Below are positions 8,119 to 18,249 of a DNA stretch of 45,728 nt, piece by piece. Every line of letters starts with the position of its first letter. The first letter of the stretch is position 1. The DNA comes from Gloeobacterales cyanobacterium. GTDB taxonomy: Bacteria; Cyanobacteriota; Cyanobacteriia; Gloeobacterales; PMM-0068. The notes below the pieces were generated by a model that was not told the origin of the DNA, searched no databases, and saw only the letters and a list, made by a program, of their open reading frames with translations. Where the stretch lies: contig JBBRSB010000036.1 of NCBI GenBank assembly GCA_038245785.1, positions 1 to 45,728 of the forward strand. The letters run 5' to 3'. Both the position numbers and the translations under genes were made by a program.

Positions 8119-10122
8119 ATGTGCATCCAATTTGGGCGGGAGATTAGTGGCGACCTCAGCATCGCTGAGTCCCGTGAGTGGTTGGTCACCAATGGCATCG
8201 GCGGTTACGCCTCTGGAACCGTCGCTGGGCTGCTGACTCGTCGCTATCACGGCTTACTAATCGCAGCCTTAAATCCACCCCTGGGACGCACTTTGTTGCT
8301 GACTAAGTTGGATGAAACGGTCTTCTATGGAGAACAGACTTACGCTCTGTCATGTAACCGCTGGGCCGATGGCACCGTCAGTCCCCATGGCTATCAGCAC
8401 CTGGAACATTTCTCCTTGGAAGGAACTATCCCCGTTTGGCGTTTTGCCTGTGCCGATGCCCTCTTGGAAAAACGAGTCTGGATGCAACAGGGAGCCAATA
8501 CGACCTATGTTCAATACACCCTGAGCCGGGCCACCCTACCACTGAAACTGACGCTCAAAGCACTGGTTAACTATCGCGATTACCACGGCAGTACCCAGGG
8601 TGATGGCTGGCAAATGACTGCTGAGCCTGTTAAACAAGGAATTCAGGTAACGGCCTATCCTGGAGCCTTGCCCTTCTATCTACTCAGTGACCGCGATCAG
8701 GCTAGTCCTGTTCACGACTGGTATAAAGGTTTTGACTTGGCCGAAGAGCATTTCCGTGGCCTGAGCGACCGGGAAGACCATCTGCACATCGCCACTTTTG
8801 AAACCACGCTCAATCCGGGAGAATCGCTCACTTTGGTTGCCAGTACGGAATCGCAACCCAAATTGAATGGTGAGGAAGCACTCAAAGTTCGTCACACGCA
8901 AGAGCAAAAGTTAATCAATGTCGGGAAAGCGAATCGACCAGACAACCATAAAAATACCCCGACCTGGATCAATCACTTATTGCTGGCTGCGGACCAATTC
9001 ATTGTGGACCGCCCTTTGCCGGGTGAGCCTAGTGGTAAAACGATCATTGCTGGTTATCCTTGGTTTGGCGACTGGGGCCGTGACACGATGATTAGCCTAC
9101 CTGGTTTGACGATTGCCACAGGACGTCCAGAAGTTGCTCGCTCTGTGCTTAAGACCTTCGCGCAGTATGTAGACCAGGGCATGTTGCCGAATCGCTTCCC
9201 CGATGCAGGAGAGGTCCCAGAATATAACACGGTGGATGCCACCCTTTGGTACTTTGAAGCCATTCGTGCTTACTACACGGCAACAAAAGATGCAGAGCTA
9301 CTAAGCGAACTCTTCCCAGTCCTGGCGGAGATCATCGATTGGCATGTTCGTGGCACCCGCTACAAGATCCGCCTCGATGCCAGCGATGGTTTGCTCTATG
9401 CCGGAGAAGCAGGCGTTCAGCTGACCTGGATGGACGCGAAAGTAGGCGATTGGGTCGTTACCCCGCGTATCGGTAAACCGATTGAGGTGAATGCGCTTTG
9501 GTATAAAGCTTTATGCATCATGGAAACGTTTGCCCGCCAGCTTGGCAAGCCCTATTTAGTCTATGAAGAACTTGCTGAACGGGCTTTAGCTGGTTTTAGC
9601 CGTTTTTGGAATGAACAGACCGGATATTGCTATGACGTGCTCGATGGTCCTGATGGGGATGATGCTTCGTTGCGGCCCAATCAAATTTTTGCGGTGTCGT
9701 TGTTTGGGGCGGGGGCACGTCAAGCCGTGCCCCTACATCCCCAACAACAACGGGGGGTGGTGGATGTCTGTGGACGGATACTGCTGACTTCTCATGGGTT
9801 GCGTTCGCTCTCGCCGGATCATCCTCAATACCAAGGGCACTATGGCGGTAACCAACTTCAGCGAGATGGGGCCTATCACCAGGGAACCGTCTGGGGCTGG
9901 TTGCTGGGACCTTTTGCGCTGGCCCACCTGCAGGTTTATGGCAATCCGGCTCAAGCCCGTCAGTTTTTAGAGCCTATGGCCAACCATCTCTATGCCCACG
10001 GCCTAGGCAATCTCAGCGAAATCTTTGACGGGGATGCCCCGATGATGCCACGGGGCTGTATTGCCCAAGCCTGGACGGTAGCAGAGGTGCTCCGGGCCTG
10101 GTTCGCAACGGAGGACTCCTAA
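8119..10122 (+). CDS. Amylo-alpha-1,6-glucosidase / glycogen debranching enzyme (GDE_N + GDE_C)
   Basis: EWLVTNGIGGYASGT, IIAGYPWFGDWGRDTMISLPGL, QLTWMDAK, YHQGTVWGWL, GCIAQAWTVAE. Confidence 0.93.
   Translation: MCIQFGREISGDLSIAESREWLVTNGIGGYASGTVAGLLTRRYHGLLIAALNPPLGRTLLLTKLDETVFYGEQTYALSCNRWADGTVSPHGYQHLEHFSLEGTIPVWRFACADALLEKRVWMQQGANTTYVQYTLSRATLPLKLTLKALVNYRDYHGSTQGDGWQMTAEPVKQGIQVTAYPGALPFYLLSDRDQASPVHDWYKGFDLAEEHFRGLSDREDHLHIATFETTLNPGESLTLVASTESQPKLNGEEALKVRHTQEQKLINVGKANRPDNHKNTPTWINHLLLAADQFIVDRPLPGEPSGKTIIAGYPWFGDWGRDTMISLPGLTIATGRPEVARSVLKTFAQYVDQGMLPNRFPDAGEVPEYNTVDATLWYFEAIRAYYTATKDAELLSELFPVLAEIIDWHVRGTRYKIRLDASDGLLYAGEAGVQLTWMDAKVGDWVVTPRIGKPIEVNALWYKALCIMETFARQLGKPYLVYEELAERALAGFSRFWNEQTGYCYDVLDGPDGDDASLRPNQIFAVSLFGAGARQAVPLHPQQQRGVVDVCGRILLTSHGLRSLSPDHPQYQGHYGGNQLQRDGAYHQGTVWGWLLGPFALAHLQVYGNPAQARQFLEPMANHLYAHGLGNLSEIFDGDAPMMPRGCIAQAWTVAEVLRAWFATEDS
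9711..9737 (+). repeat. REP-like palindrome read in-frame inside the debranching gene
   Basis: GGGGCACG-TCAAGC-CGTGCCCC-TACA hairpin of the GTAGGGGC...GCCCCTAC type. Confidence 0.7.
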
Positions 10123-10141
10123 AATTTCATATGTACAGATA

Positions 10142-10195
10142 CTTATCTCTTTCTAATCATGGCCTAAGGGCCACTTCAGTGTGAAGATTCATACT
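10142..10195 (+). promoter_or_regulatory. Phased repeats plus -10-like box
   Basis: CTTA(10142)-N7-CTAA(10153)-N7-CTAA(10164), CATACT at 10190; spacing identical to 8034-8087 and both continue ATACTCCA. Confidence 0.5.
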
Positions 10196-10254
10196 CCAAA
10201 TAGTCCACCATGCCAACCAGCTAGGATGCTTTTTAGCCAAGAGGGAGATGCATT

Positions 10255-12963
10255 ATGGCAACCACAACAGCGGAAGAACAAAGGTTAGAAGAAGCCCTCA
10301 CCCACAAAGCGCACTGGCGCAGGTGGGGACCCTACTTGAGTGAACGGCAATGGGGAACAGTGCGCGAAGACTATAGCCCCTATGGAAGCGCCTGGGATTA
10401 TTTCAGCCATGACCAAGCCCGTTCTCGTGCTTATCGTTGGGGTGAAGATGGAATCGCTGGCATTTCTGATAACCATCAACATCTCTGTTTTGCCCTCGTT
10501 CTCTGGAATGGGGAAGACCCGATTTTGAAAGAGCGACTCTTTGGGCTAACGGGCAGTGAAGGGAATCACGGAGAAGATGTCAAAGAATATTACTTTTACC
10601 TGGACAATACGCCGACCCATTCCTATATGAAAGTGCTCTATAAATATCCGTATAAAGCATTTCCTTATTCCCAATTAGTTGAAGAGAGTAACCATAGAGA
10701 CCGCCAAGCGCCAGAATTTGAACTCTTAGACACAGGTGTATTTGAAGAAAACCGCTACTTTGATGTGTTTGTTGAATATGCCAAGCATTCTGCTGAAGAT
10801 ATTCTGATTCAAATAAAAGTCATTAACCGAGGACCAGAAGCAAAGACTTTGCACGTTCTACCTACGCTCTGGTTTCGCAATACGTGGTCTTGGAACGGAG
10901 ATACAAACAAACCATCACTTCGTACTATCCAGTCAAGCAATGGCTCAAACATCATCGAAGCAGCTCATCCAACCTTGGGAATAAGGTGGTTATATTGTCA
11001 GGGTGAAGCGGAATATCTATTCACCGAGAATGAAACCAATAGCGCAAGAGTATTTGGCTATCCTAATGCTTCAACCTACGTCAAAGATGGAATTAATGAT
11101 TACATCGTTCAGGGTCGAAAAGAGGCTGTTAATCCGGGCAGGACGGGTACTAAAGCGGCAGCTGATTGCACGCTAACGGTCGGTGTCGGTGAAACTAAAA
11201 TAATTCGGCTGCGACTGAGTGATACTCCTGCGCTAGAAGAACCATTTGGCAACGAATTTGATGCTGTTTTTAACCTCCGCCAACAGGAAGCCGATGAGTT
11301 TTATCAACGGATTACGCCTTTCCCCCTCAGCGAAGATATGCGCAATGTACAGCGGCAGGCATTCGCTGGCATGCTTTGGAGCAAGCAGTTCTATCACTAC
11401 GTTGTAGAAGATTGGCTGAAGGGCGATCCGGCTGCCCCAACTCCGCCACCAGAAAGAAAACGGGGCCGGAATCGGGAGTGGGTCCATCTCTATAACGAGG
11501 ATATTCTCTCGATGCCCGACAAGTGGGAATATCCCTGGTTTGCGGCCTGGGATCTAGCTTTCCACACGATCACCTTAGCGATGATTGATCCGGACTTTGC
11601 CAAGTATCAATTGGATGTGCTGACGCGGGAATGGTACATGCATCCCAATGGTCAGATTCCCGCCTATGAGTGGGCCTTTGGGGATGTAAATCCTCCGGTT
11701 CATGCCTGGGCCACCTGGCGTGTTTATAAGATTGAGCAAAAGATGCACGGCCAGGGAGACCGTCAGTTCTTGGAGCGGGTATTTCAGAAGTTGATGCTCA
11801 ACTTCACCTGGTGGGTAAACCGTAAAGATGTAGAAGGGAATAACGTCTTTCAGGGCGGGTTTTTAGGGTTAGATAACATCGGCGTCTTCGACCGGAGTGC
11901 GGCTCTGCCCACGGGGGGCCATATTGACCAGTCCGATGGCACCAGTTGGATGGGGATGTATTGCCTAAATATGCTGGCAATTGCTCTGGAACTTGCCAAA
12001 ACGAACCCTGTTTATGAAGACATTGCCACCAAATTCTTCGAGCATTTCCTCTATATCGCCGATGCGATGAACCACATTGGTGAAGGCGAAGCCAATTTGT
12101 GGAACGACGAAGATGGCTTCTACTATGACGTTCTGCATCTGCCAGAGCGACAGATTGAACTGAAAGTGCGCTCCATGGTCGGGCTGATTCCCTTATTTGC
12201 CGTTGAAACGATTGAACCAGAAACCTTACGTCAACTGCCAGCCTTTAAAAAACGGACAGAATGGTTTATTCAGAATCGTCCTGACCTGACCCAGAATATT
12301 GCCTGTATGAAAACAGAGGGGGTGGGTGAGCGAAGATTACTGGCTATTGTTTATCGAGACAAGCTGCGGCGCATTCTACAAAAAATGCTAGATGAAACTG
12401 AATTTTTTGGACCCTATGGTATCCGGGCTATATCTAGATTCCATGCCGAACATCCCTATATTTTTAACGTCGATGGCGCTCAATTCCGGGTGGACTATGA
12501 ACCGTCTGAATCCAGCAGTGGTTTGTTTGGAGGCAACTCTAATTGGCGTGGTCCTGTCTGGTTTCCGGTCAATTTCCTGCTCATTGAATCTCTGCAAAAG
12601 TTTTACTATTATCTCGGCGATGATTTCAAAGTGGAATGTCCTACAGGTTCCGGTCAAATGATGAATCTATGGGAAGTTGCTGCTGAACTGTCTCAACGGC
12701 TCATCCGAATTTTCTTACAAAATCCAGCGGGTCAACGTCCCGTTTATGGCAGCAGCGAAAAGTTCCAAACCGATCCTTACTGGCGAGATTTAGTTCTCTT
12801 CTATGAATATTTCCACGGGGACAATGGCGCGGGCATTGGGGCCAGTCATCAAACGGGATGGACAGGTTTAGTGGCCAAACTGATTCAGCAATTTGGTGAG
12901 TATGAACCCCAACATAAGGCCCCCAAGTTGGTAGATTTTTCGGCCACTAGAGCTCCTGCGTGA
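10255..12963 (+). CDS. GH63 / MGH1-like glucosidase
   Basis: [69 protein letters not shown]. Confidence 0.92.
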   Translation: MATTTAEEQRLEEALTHKAHWRRWGPYLSERQWGTVREDYSPYGSAWDYFSHDQARSRAYRWGEDGIAGISDNHQHLCFALVLWNGEDPILKERLFGLTGSEGNHGEDVKEYYFYLDNTPTHSYMKVLYKYPYKAFPYSQLVEESNHRDRQAPEFELLDTGVFEENRYFDVFVEYAKHSAEDILIQIKVINRGPEAKTLHVLPTLWFRNTWSWNGDTNKPSLRTIQSSNGSNIIEAAHPTLGIRWLYCQGEAEYLFTENETNSARVFGYPNASTYVKDGINDYIVQGRKEAVNPGRTGTKAAADCTLTVGVGETKIIRLRLSDTPALEEPFGNEFDAVFNLRQQEADEFYQRITPFPLSEDMRNVQRQAFAGMLWSKQFYHYVVEDWLKGDPAAPTPPPERKRGRNREWVHLYNEDILSMPDKWEYPWFAAWDLAFHTITLAMIDPDFAKYQLDVLTREWYMHPNGQIPAYEWAFGDVNPPVHAWATWRVYKIEQKMHGQGDRQFLERVFQKLMLNFTWWVNRKDVEGNNVFQGGFLGLDNIGVFDRSAALPTGGHIDQSDGTSWMGMYCLNMLAIALELAKTNPVYEDIATKFFEHFLYIADAMNHIGEGEANLWNDEDGFYYDVLHLPERQIELKVRSMVGLIPLFAVETIEPETLRQLPAFKKRTEWFIQNRPDLTQNIACMKTEGVGERRLLAIVYRDKLRRILQKMLDETEFFGPYGIRAISRFHAEHPYIFNVDGAQFRVDYEPSESSSGLFGGNSNWRGPVWFPVNFLLIESLQKFYYYLGDDFKVECPTGSGQMMNLWEVAAELSQRLIRIFLQNPAGQRPVYGSSEKFQTDPYWRDLVLFYEYFHGDNGAGIGASHQTGWTGLVAKLIQQFGEYEPQHKAPKLVDFSATRAPA

Positions 12964-13078
12964 ATCTTGCAAGATAATACCAGATGATATTTATCCATTT
13001 TGAAAAAAACGGTTTTGCATGTCAAAACACAAACCATTGGAACGTTTTTGCCGATGGTATAGTGGCATTTTCGGCGTT

Positions 13079-13108
13079 CGTAGGGGCGATTTGCAAATCG
13101 CCTCTACG
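13079..13108. repeat. REP-like palindrome
   Basis: CGTAGGGGCGATTTGCAAATCGCCTCTACG, near-perfect inverted repeat with GTAG end. Confidence 0.85.
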
Positions 13109-13290
13109 ACGTTGGTGGTTTGATGCCACAATCCTGTGCGCCGGGTTCGGCATGATTATCCATTCACCTAAATAATCATATAGATAATATTTTGATAACC
13201 ATCTTTGCGATTCACACATATGTGGGCAAACATTGATTCATGCAGGAGGTCTACTAAATGAATTTTACAATTTGCTTGAGGACTGAATAA
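13079..13290 (-). pseudogene. Decayed REP-associated tyrosine transposase (RAYT, IS200/Y1 superfamily) fragment
   Basis: Minus strand WLSKYYLYDYLGEWIIMPNPAHRIV resembles the RAYT HUH motif LDEWxIMPNHxHGI (first His lost), followed by an in-frame REP as in RAYT genes. Confidence 0.65.
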
Positions 13291-13327
13291 CTTTGACTTT
13301 ATCGAACGTATAGCATTGTGAGTGCCC

Positions 13328-14173
13328 ATGAACCAAGCGAGTGTCCCAGAGCGACATCCTATCAGCACCCAAAGAATTCTGGCCTATGGCTGTGAACTGT
13401 TAGGCATGGCCTTGATTATCTTCAATGCGCTCGCTTGGGCCTGTTGGAATTTCGGAGCTGGCTCTCCGGTTGTTCAGTCAGTTCCTGACCGCAGTGTGCG
13501 ATTGGTCTTGCAAGCTATTTGTATTGCAACGGGATCTGCGATCGTTGTCTACTCACCCTTCGGTAAACGAGCTGGCGGACATCTCAATCCAGCCGTGACA
13601 TTGGGCTTTTGGCTCTTGAATAAAATCTCAATCCGAGATGCCTTTATTTATATCCTGATGCAGTTTTTAGGTGCATTTGTGGGCTCGCAGCTGGTGTGGC
13701 TAAGTTTTCCTGTCTTAGCGCACAGTATTCGTGGGGGTGCCACGGCCTTGGATCAGGGCATCAGTCCAGCACTCGGCTTTGGACTAGAGTTGAGCATGAC
13801 CTTTCTGTTGATGTTTATTATTCTGGTTACAGTTAATTCGGCCTGGATGCGCTGGACAGGCGTGATTGCTTCAACGGTCTTTGCTTTGCTATACGCTAAT
13901 GCTGCTAGGTTTACAGGAGCTAGTTTGAATCCGGCGCGGTCCTTGGCCCCTGCAGTCCTCGCTATGTTCTGGCAAAACCAGTGGATTTATTGGATTGCTC
14001 CCCCCTTGGGGGCGGCTCTGGCGGTACTTCTCTATCGCCAGGGAATTATCGGTACGGGCAAGTCATACTGCTGCAAGCTCTACCATACCTCCGATATTCC
14101 CTGCCATCACACTCGTTGCGGTTACCGTGACCCCGCGAATATTGATGATTTTTCTCGAACGAGAAGCCCGTAA
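13328..14173 (+). CDS. MIP/aquaporin family channel with Cys/His-rich C-terminal tail
   Basis: GGHLNPAVT and ASLNPARS (two NPA boxes), six hydrophobic helices; tail YCCKLYH..PCHHTRCGY. Confidence 0.9.
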   Translation: MNQASVPERHPISTQRILAYGCELLGMALIIFNALAWACWNFGAGSPVVQSVPDRSVRLVLQAICIATGSAIVVYSPFGKRAGGHLNPAVTLGFWLLNKISIRDAFIYILMQFLGAFVGSQLVWLSFPVLAHSIRGGATALDQGISPALGFGLELSMTFLLMFIILVTVNSAWMRWTGVIASTVFALLYANAARFTGASLNPARSLAPAVLAMFWQNQWIYWIAPPLGAALAVLLYRQGIIGTGKSYCCKLYHTSDIPCHHTRCGYRDPANIDDFSRTRSP

Positions 14174-14530
14174 ATGGAAGATCTGTTTAAACTATGGACA
14201 GCTTATTTGGCCTTGGGCGTAGAAGCTAGTGCTGGGATAATTATTGGGCTGGCAGCTATTGAAGCAACGTATAAGGCCTTGTTGCTGTTTTTTTCACGGC
14301 GAGGTGCTCCTGAAGATTTGCCAGAGAACGTGAAGGAAGATATTCGATTGCAATTTGGCCGCTGGCTGTCGCTAGGACTCGAATTTGAATTGGGTGCAGA
14401 TATTTTACGCACAGCCATCTCACCCACCTGGAATGAGATTGGACAGTTGGCGGCGATTGTTGTCTTGCGGACCGCCCTAAATTTCTTCTTGCAACTGGAA
14501 ATCGACAAAGCTGCCAAGAGAAAGCTCTAA
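14174..14530 (+). CDS. DUF1622 membrane protein
   Basis: IRLQFGRWLSLGLEFELGADILRTAISPTWNEIGQLAAIVVLRTALNFFL; starts immediately after the aquaporin stop. Confidence 0.9.
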   Translation: MEDLFKLWTAYLALGVEASAGIIIGLAAIEATYKALLLFFSRRGAPEDLPENVKEDIRLQFGRWLSLGLEFELGADILRTAISPTWNEIGQLAAIVVLRTALNFFLQLEIDKAAKRKL

Positions 14531-14595
14531 ACTGCATAAGCTGGCAAGTAAATCCTCCAGTAAATAGATTGGGCTATCCTAGTATTAAAGAAATT

Positions 14596-14668
14596 CCCGG
14601 TGTGGTGGAGTCTGTCAGGCTGGCGGATCACTAAAATCGCCCAGCCTACCGGGGCCACTTAACGGGAG
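14596..14668 (+). ncRNA. Candidate riboswitch (nhaA-II-like cation sensor) in the antiporter leader
   Basis: P1 CCCGGT(14596)/ACCGGG(14648); inner stem AGGCTGG(14617)/CCAGCCT(14641); pseudoknot GTGGT(14602)/GCCAC(14654) next to SD GGGAG(14664); TAGTAT at 14580. Confidence 0.6.
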
Positions 14669-14674
14669 TGAACT

Positions 14675-15922
14675 ATGTTTTTTCCGCTTATCGCTGCAGG
14701 TTCAGTGGGCGAACTTCCCCCTGGCCTTCTCACCCTTGGGCAGCTTTTGTCCAGTCTTCTTATCATCTATGTGGCCAGCAAAATGGGTGGGGAACTCGCC
14801 CTGCGCCTCAAACAACCTGCCGTTCTGGGCGAACTGCTGGCGGGGGTAGCCGTCGGCGTCTCTGGCTTGCATCTCATTGACCCAACGCAGCCCGTGCTCC
14901 TCCTGTTGGCCCAGGTCGGGGTTACCCTGTTGCTCTTTGAAATTGGCTTGGAGTCGGACCTCCGTTCCTTGCTCAAACTTGGTCCGCAGGCACTAGCAGT
15001 TGCCTTGGTGGGAATGGCTTTGCCCTTCGCCCTGGGCTACGGTGTCATGAAATTTACAGGAGCCTCAGAGCTTTTGGCCGTCTTCGTCGGGGCCACCGCG
15101 ACAGCCACGAGCATCGGCATCAGTGCGAAGGTCCTTTCAGAGCTGGGATACCTCCAACGACCTGAAGGCCAGATCATCTTAGGAGCAGCGGTAATCGATG
15201 ACATCCTGGGGGTAGTTATCCTTTCGGTGGTGGCCGGTATTGCCAAGGGCGGCAGTCTGGAGTGGGGCGAAGTAGCACGGATTGTCTTTTCCTCACTTGG
15301 GTTTTTAGTTGGTGCTATCGTAGTTGGCAACTGGTTTATGCCCTACTTTTTGAAGGTTGTAGAATGGCTACGCACCCGTGGTGACTTACTCACGGCCTCG
15401 CTAATCTTTGCCTTTGCCCTTGCTTGGATAGCAGAACAGGTAGGCTCTGCCGCAATTATTGGTGCTTTTGCTGCCGGACTGGTTCTAGCTGAGACAGATA
15501 AACGTCATGACTTGGAGCACCAGCTGCGTCCCGTCACTGATTTCTTCCTGCCAGTCTTCTTCATTACCGTTGGCGCTGGCGTCAATTTAGCGCTCCTGGC
15601 TAACCAGCAGGCTCTGTTCTTAGCACTTGCCCTTAGTGCAACAGCCGTGCTGGGAAAACTAGTCTGTGGTTGGGCTGCTTTTAGAACTCCAGTCAATAAA
15701 TGGGTGATTGGAGCAGGAATGATCCCACGTGGGGAGGTTGGTCTGGTTTTTGCCAGTGTCGGGCTGTCTACAGGAGTCCTTACCGGGATTAACCACAGCG
15801 CTGTGGTAATCATGGTCATACTTACCACCTTCTTGGGTCCGCTGCTGTTGAGTCTGATGCTTCGCAGTAAGTCTGTGAGTGAGCCAATGGTTGAAGAGAC
15901 AACTGTAAAGTCCGTTGATTAG
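14675..15922 (+). CDS. CPA2 family Na+/H+ antiporter (NhaS3/NapA-like)
   Basis: QPAVLGELLAG, LFEIGLESD, ATSIGI, AAVIDDILG, GMIPRGEVG; about 12 TM segments. Confidence 0.92.
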   Translation: MFFPLIAAGSVGELPPGLLTLGQLLSSLLIIYVASKMGGELALRLKQPAVLGELLAGVAVGVSGLHLIDPTQPVLLLLAQVGVTLLLFEIGLESDLRSLLKLGPQALAVALVGMALPFALGYGVMKFTGASELLAVFVGATATATSIGISAKVLSELGYLQRPEGQIILGAAVIDDILGVVILSVVAGIAKGGSLEWGEVARIVFSSLGFLVGAIVVGNWFMPYFLKVVEWLRTRGDLLTASLIFAFALAWIAEQVGSAAIIGAFAAGLVLAETDKRHDLEHQLRPVTDFFLPVFFITVGAGVNLALLANQQALFLALALSATAVLGKLVCGWAAFRTPVNKWVIGAGMIPRGEVGLVFASVGLSTGVLTGINHSAVVIMVILTTFLGPLLLSLMLRSKSVSEPMVEETTVKSVD

Positions 15923-16630
15923 CTAAAATGCGCTGGCGATAATTACAAGTGGCTGTAGGGGGAAATAGAAGGGAGAAAGCGCACCTCTGAAAATTCGCAA
16001 TCCAAGAGCAGATAAATTCAGCATGAAACTACGGAACAGGGTATTGACGCCGGATGTGCTTTTCCTCATACCTTTGTTCTCCAAGCAAAATTCTTGGTTG
16101 TGGCAACCCCGCTCAAAATTGAAGAGCTCTGTATCAGCCATGATTGACCCAAGGTGATGGGCAAAGTTTTCCAACTCTTCCATATCGCGTTCAGTGAACT
16201 GGTGGGATTGGAACGTGCCGAAGTGCAGAACCCCGATTATGTCTTGATTGACGAGCAATGGGATGCCGACGAGTGATCGCAGACCTTTCTGGCGCAAAAC
16301 TGGGCTAAAGACCTCCGCTCCTGAGAGATCGTTGACTATCATCGGCTTCCTACTTGCGGCAATACTACCAGCTATACCCTGCCCAATGGGAATACGAATC
16401 TGTTGTACAATCTCCTCCTCTAGACCGATGGTGGCGTATACTGCTAAATTTTGTCGATTCTCAGCAGGCAACAGAAGGGTGACAGTGTCTAAGGATTTGT
16501 ATTCTCGTAGCCACAAGAGCAAATTTTGCAAGTAAGGGTCAAACTCGCTTTTCTTGATGTTCTGCTCCCCACTTAAAAGCACATACCAACCTTTATAGGT
16601 TCGTAAACCCAAGCAATTTCTCCAAAACAT
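15923..16630 (-). CDS. Stand-alone GAF domain protein
   Basis: IRIPIGQGIAGSIAASRKPMIVNDL..LRSLVGIPLL..IIGVLHFG..HQFTERD; start uncertain (ATG 16630 or TTG 16651). Confidence 0.8.
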   Translation of the reverse strand: MFWRNCLGLRTYKGWYVLLSGEQNIKKSEFDPYLQNLLLWLREYKSLDTVTLLLPAENRQNLAVYATIGLEEEIVQQIRIPIGQGIAGSIAASRKPMIVNDLSGAEVFSPVLRQKGLRSLVGIPLLVNQDIIGVLHFGTFQSHQFTERDMEELENFAHHLGSIMADTELFNFERGCHNQEFCLENKGMRKSTSGVNTLFRSFMLNLSALGLRIFRGALSPFYFPLQPLVIIASAF

Positions 16631-16984
16631 TTGGTAATCTCTCCAATGCAAGGTTTTACTCCTTTATTCATCCTGAGATTTAAAGAAGATCGAGGACTGG
16701 CGATCCGGATCCGATCGTGCCAATTGGAAGTACTTTACCACACCTCGAAATTGACTTTTCACTGTTTCCATTGTTCGGGTGTCGTCTCAGACACCACTTC
16801 TAGAGCATCCTTCAGAGGCATTCGTCCATCGTCGTCTGGGTTAGTTAAGTTCTTCTCCAAAATTCGCGCATCTATTGGACCTTATTAAAGGGGCCGGTCA
16901 CGCCTAGTTTGTGCAGTTATTGAGAAATTGAGAACACACTCATACTTTTGTGCTCCCAATTTTTAATCAGGAGCTATACATCTA

Positions 16985-16999
16985 CTCAGCAAAAACTCA
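16985..16999 (+). promoter_or_regulatory. CTCA-N7-CTCA direct repeat upstream of the HK/RR operon
   Basis: CTCA at 16985 and 16996. Confidence 0.45.
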
Positions 17000-17139
17000 T
17001 TTTTCTCACAAGTACTCCTACTAGAGTAAACGAGAGAGTATTTAATCAACTTGGAAGAGAGGCTACAACCATCTACGGTTGTAGGTTGTTGAGGTGTTCA
17101 GTGAATTCTGTGGTGAATCGACTAAAAGCTGCAGTCAAG

Positions 17140-18249
17140 ATGATGCCAGAAAGAATTAGTCTTTCTTCTCTTCAATCTCGGCTCATCTTTGGAAACACCA
17201 CTATTTTTATTCTTGGGCTAGGGAGTCTTGTTCTATGGCTGGACTGGGAAACAAGACCGTTATTCATGGCTACACAGCAACAGGAAATTGTTCTTGATTC
17301 CGCTAAGTTGTTGGCTATTCTGCAAAGTTTGAAGCTGGTGAGCCTCTTGTCGCTAACGACGGTAACACTTATCAGTATCCTATTTATCCAATATGTACTG
17401 TTTCCCCTGTACCAGGTGATTCAACAAATGCAGAACCCTATCCATGCTTTGAGTGCGAACCCAATCAATCGTGCTCCTTGTGAGGTTAGACAACTAATCG
17501 AGCGGTGGAACCATCAGTTGGTATACGTCTCTGAAATCAAAGAGCAGCAGAAACAGTTTATCGGTGGTGCAGCCCATGAGTTGCGCACTCCTATGAGCCT
17601 GGTTTATGGTTACTTGCAGCGAGCTAGTCGACGAAATCAGAACTTGACTGATGATCAGCAAGAAGCGCTAGAAATGGCTGCTGCTGAAGCTAAACGCATG
17701 ACACAAGTTCTGCAAGAATTACTGATTCTTGCACGGGCTGACCGAGGAAACATGCCCCTCCATCCAGAATCTCTGAAACTCAATGATCTGTTGCTAGAAA
17801 TAGCGAGCATGGCTGAAAAGTTTGAACAGCGCACTATCCGGATAGAAGCAGACGCAACGCTGATTACGGTTAAGGCTGACCGTAGACACTTAGTGCAGGT
17901 CTTGAACAGACTGCTTGATAATGCAGTCAGATATTCACCTGCTGATAAACCTATTACGCTGAGACTCAAATGCACGGATGATAAGGCCATTATTCAGGTT
18001 TGCGATAGCGGAGGCGCTGACTTATCCGTTGGGGGACAGGGAATTCCAGGTGCGCAACAAGCACGAATTTTTGAACCCTTTTATCGGGTTGATCCTTCCC
18101 GAACTCGCTCAACGGGAGGCGTTGGTTTGGGACTATCTATTGTTAGGGCTCTGGTGGAAAACATGGGTGGATCGGTTACAGTCCAGTCAAAGCCTGATCA
18201 AGGCAGTACCTTTACGCTGACCTTGCCTGCTCTAGGAGATGCATCATGA
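17140..18249 (+). CDS. Membrane sensor histidine kinase (HisKA + HATPase_c)
   Basis: Two TM segments; AAHELRTP H-box, LLDNAVRYS N-box, IFEPFYRVD, GVGLGLSI; likely ATG at 17140. Confidence 0.9.
   Translation: MMPERISLSSLQSRLIFGNTTIFILGLGSLVLWLDWETRPLFMATQQQEIVLDSAKLLAILQSLKLVSLLSLTTVTLISILFIQYVLFPLYQVIQQMQNPIHALSANPINRAPCEVRQLIERWNHQLVYVSEIKEQQKQFIGGAAHELRTPMSLVYGYLQRASRRNQNLTDDQQEALEMAAAEAKRMTQVLQELLILARADRGNMPLHPESLKLNDLLLEIASMAEKFEQRTIRIEADATLITVKADRRHLVQVLNRLLDNAVRYSPADKPITLRLKCTDDKAIIQVCDSGGADLSVGGQGIPGAQQARIFEPFYRVDPSRTRSTGGVGLGLSIVRALVENMGGSVTVQSKPDQGSTFTLTLPALGDAS

Noticed and set aside
16948..17139. N-terminal extension of the kinase from the TTG start
   Set aside because: Overlaps the promoter-like repeats; ATG at 17140 directly precedes TM1
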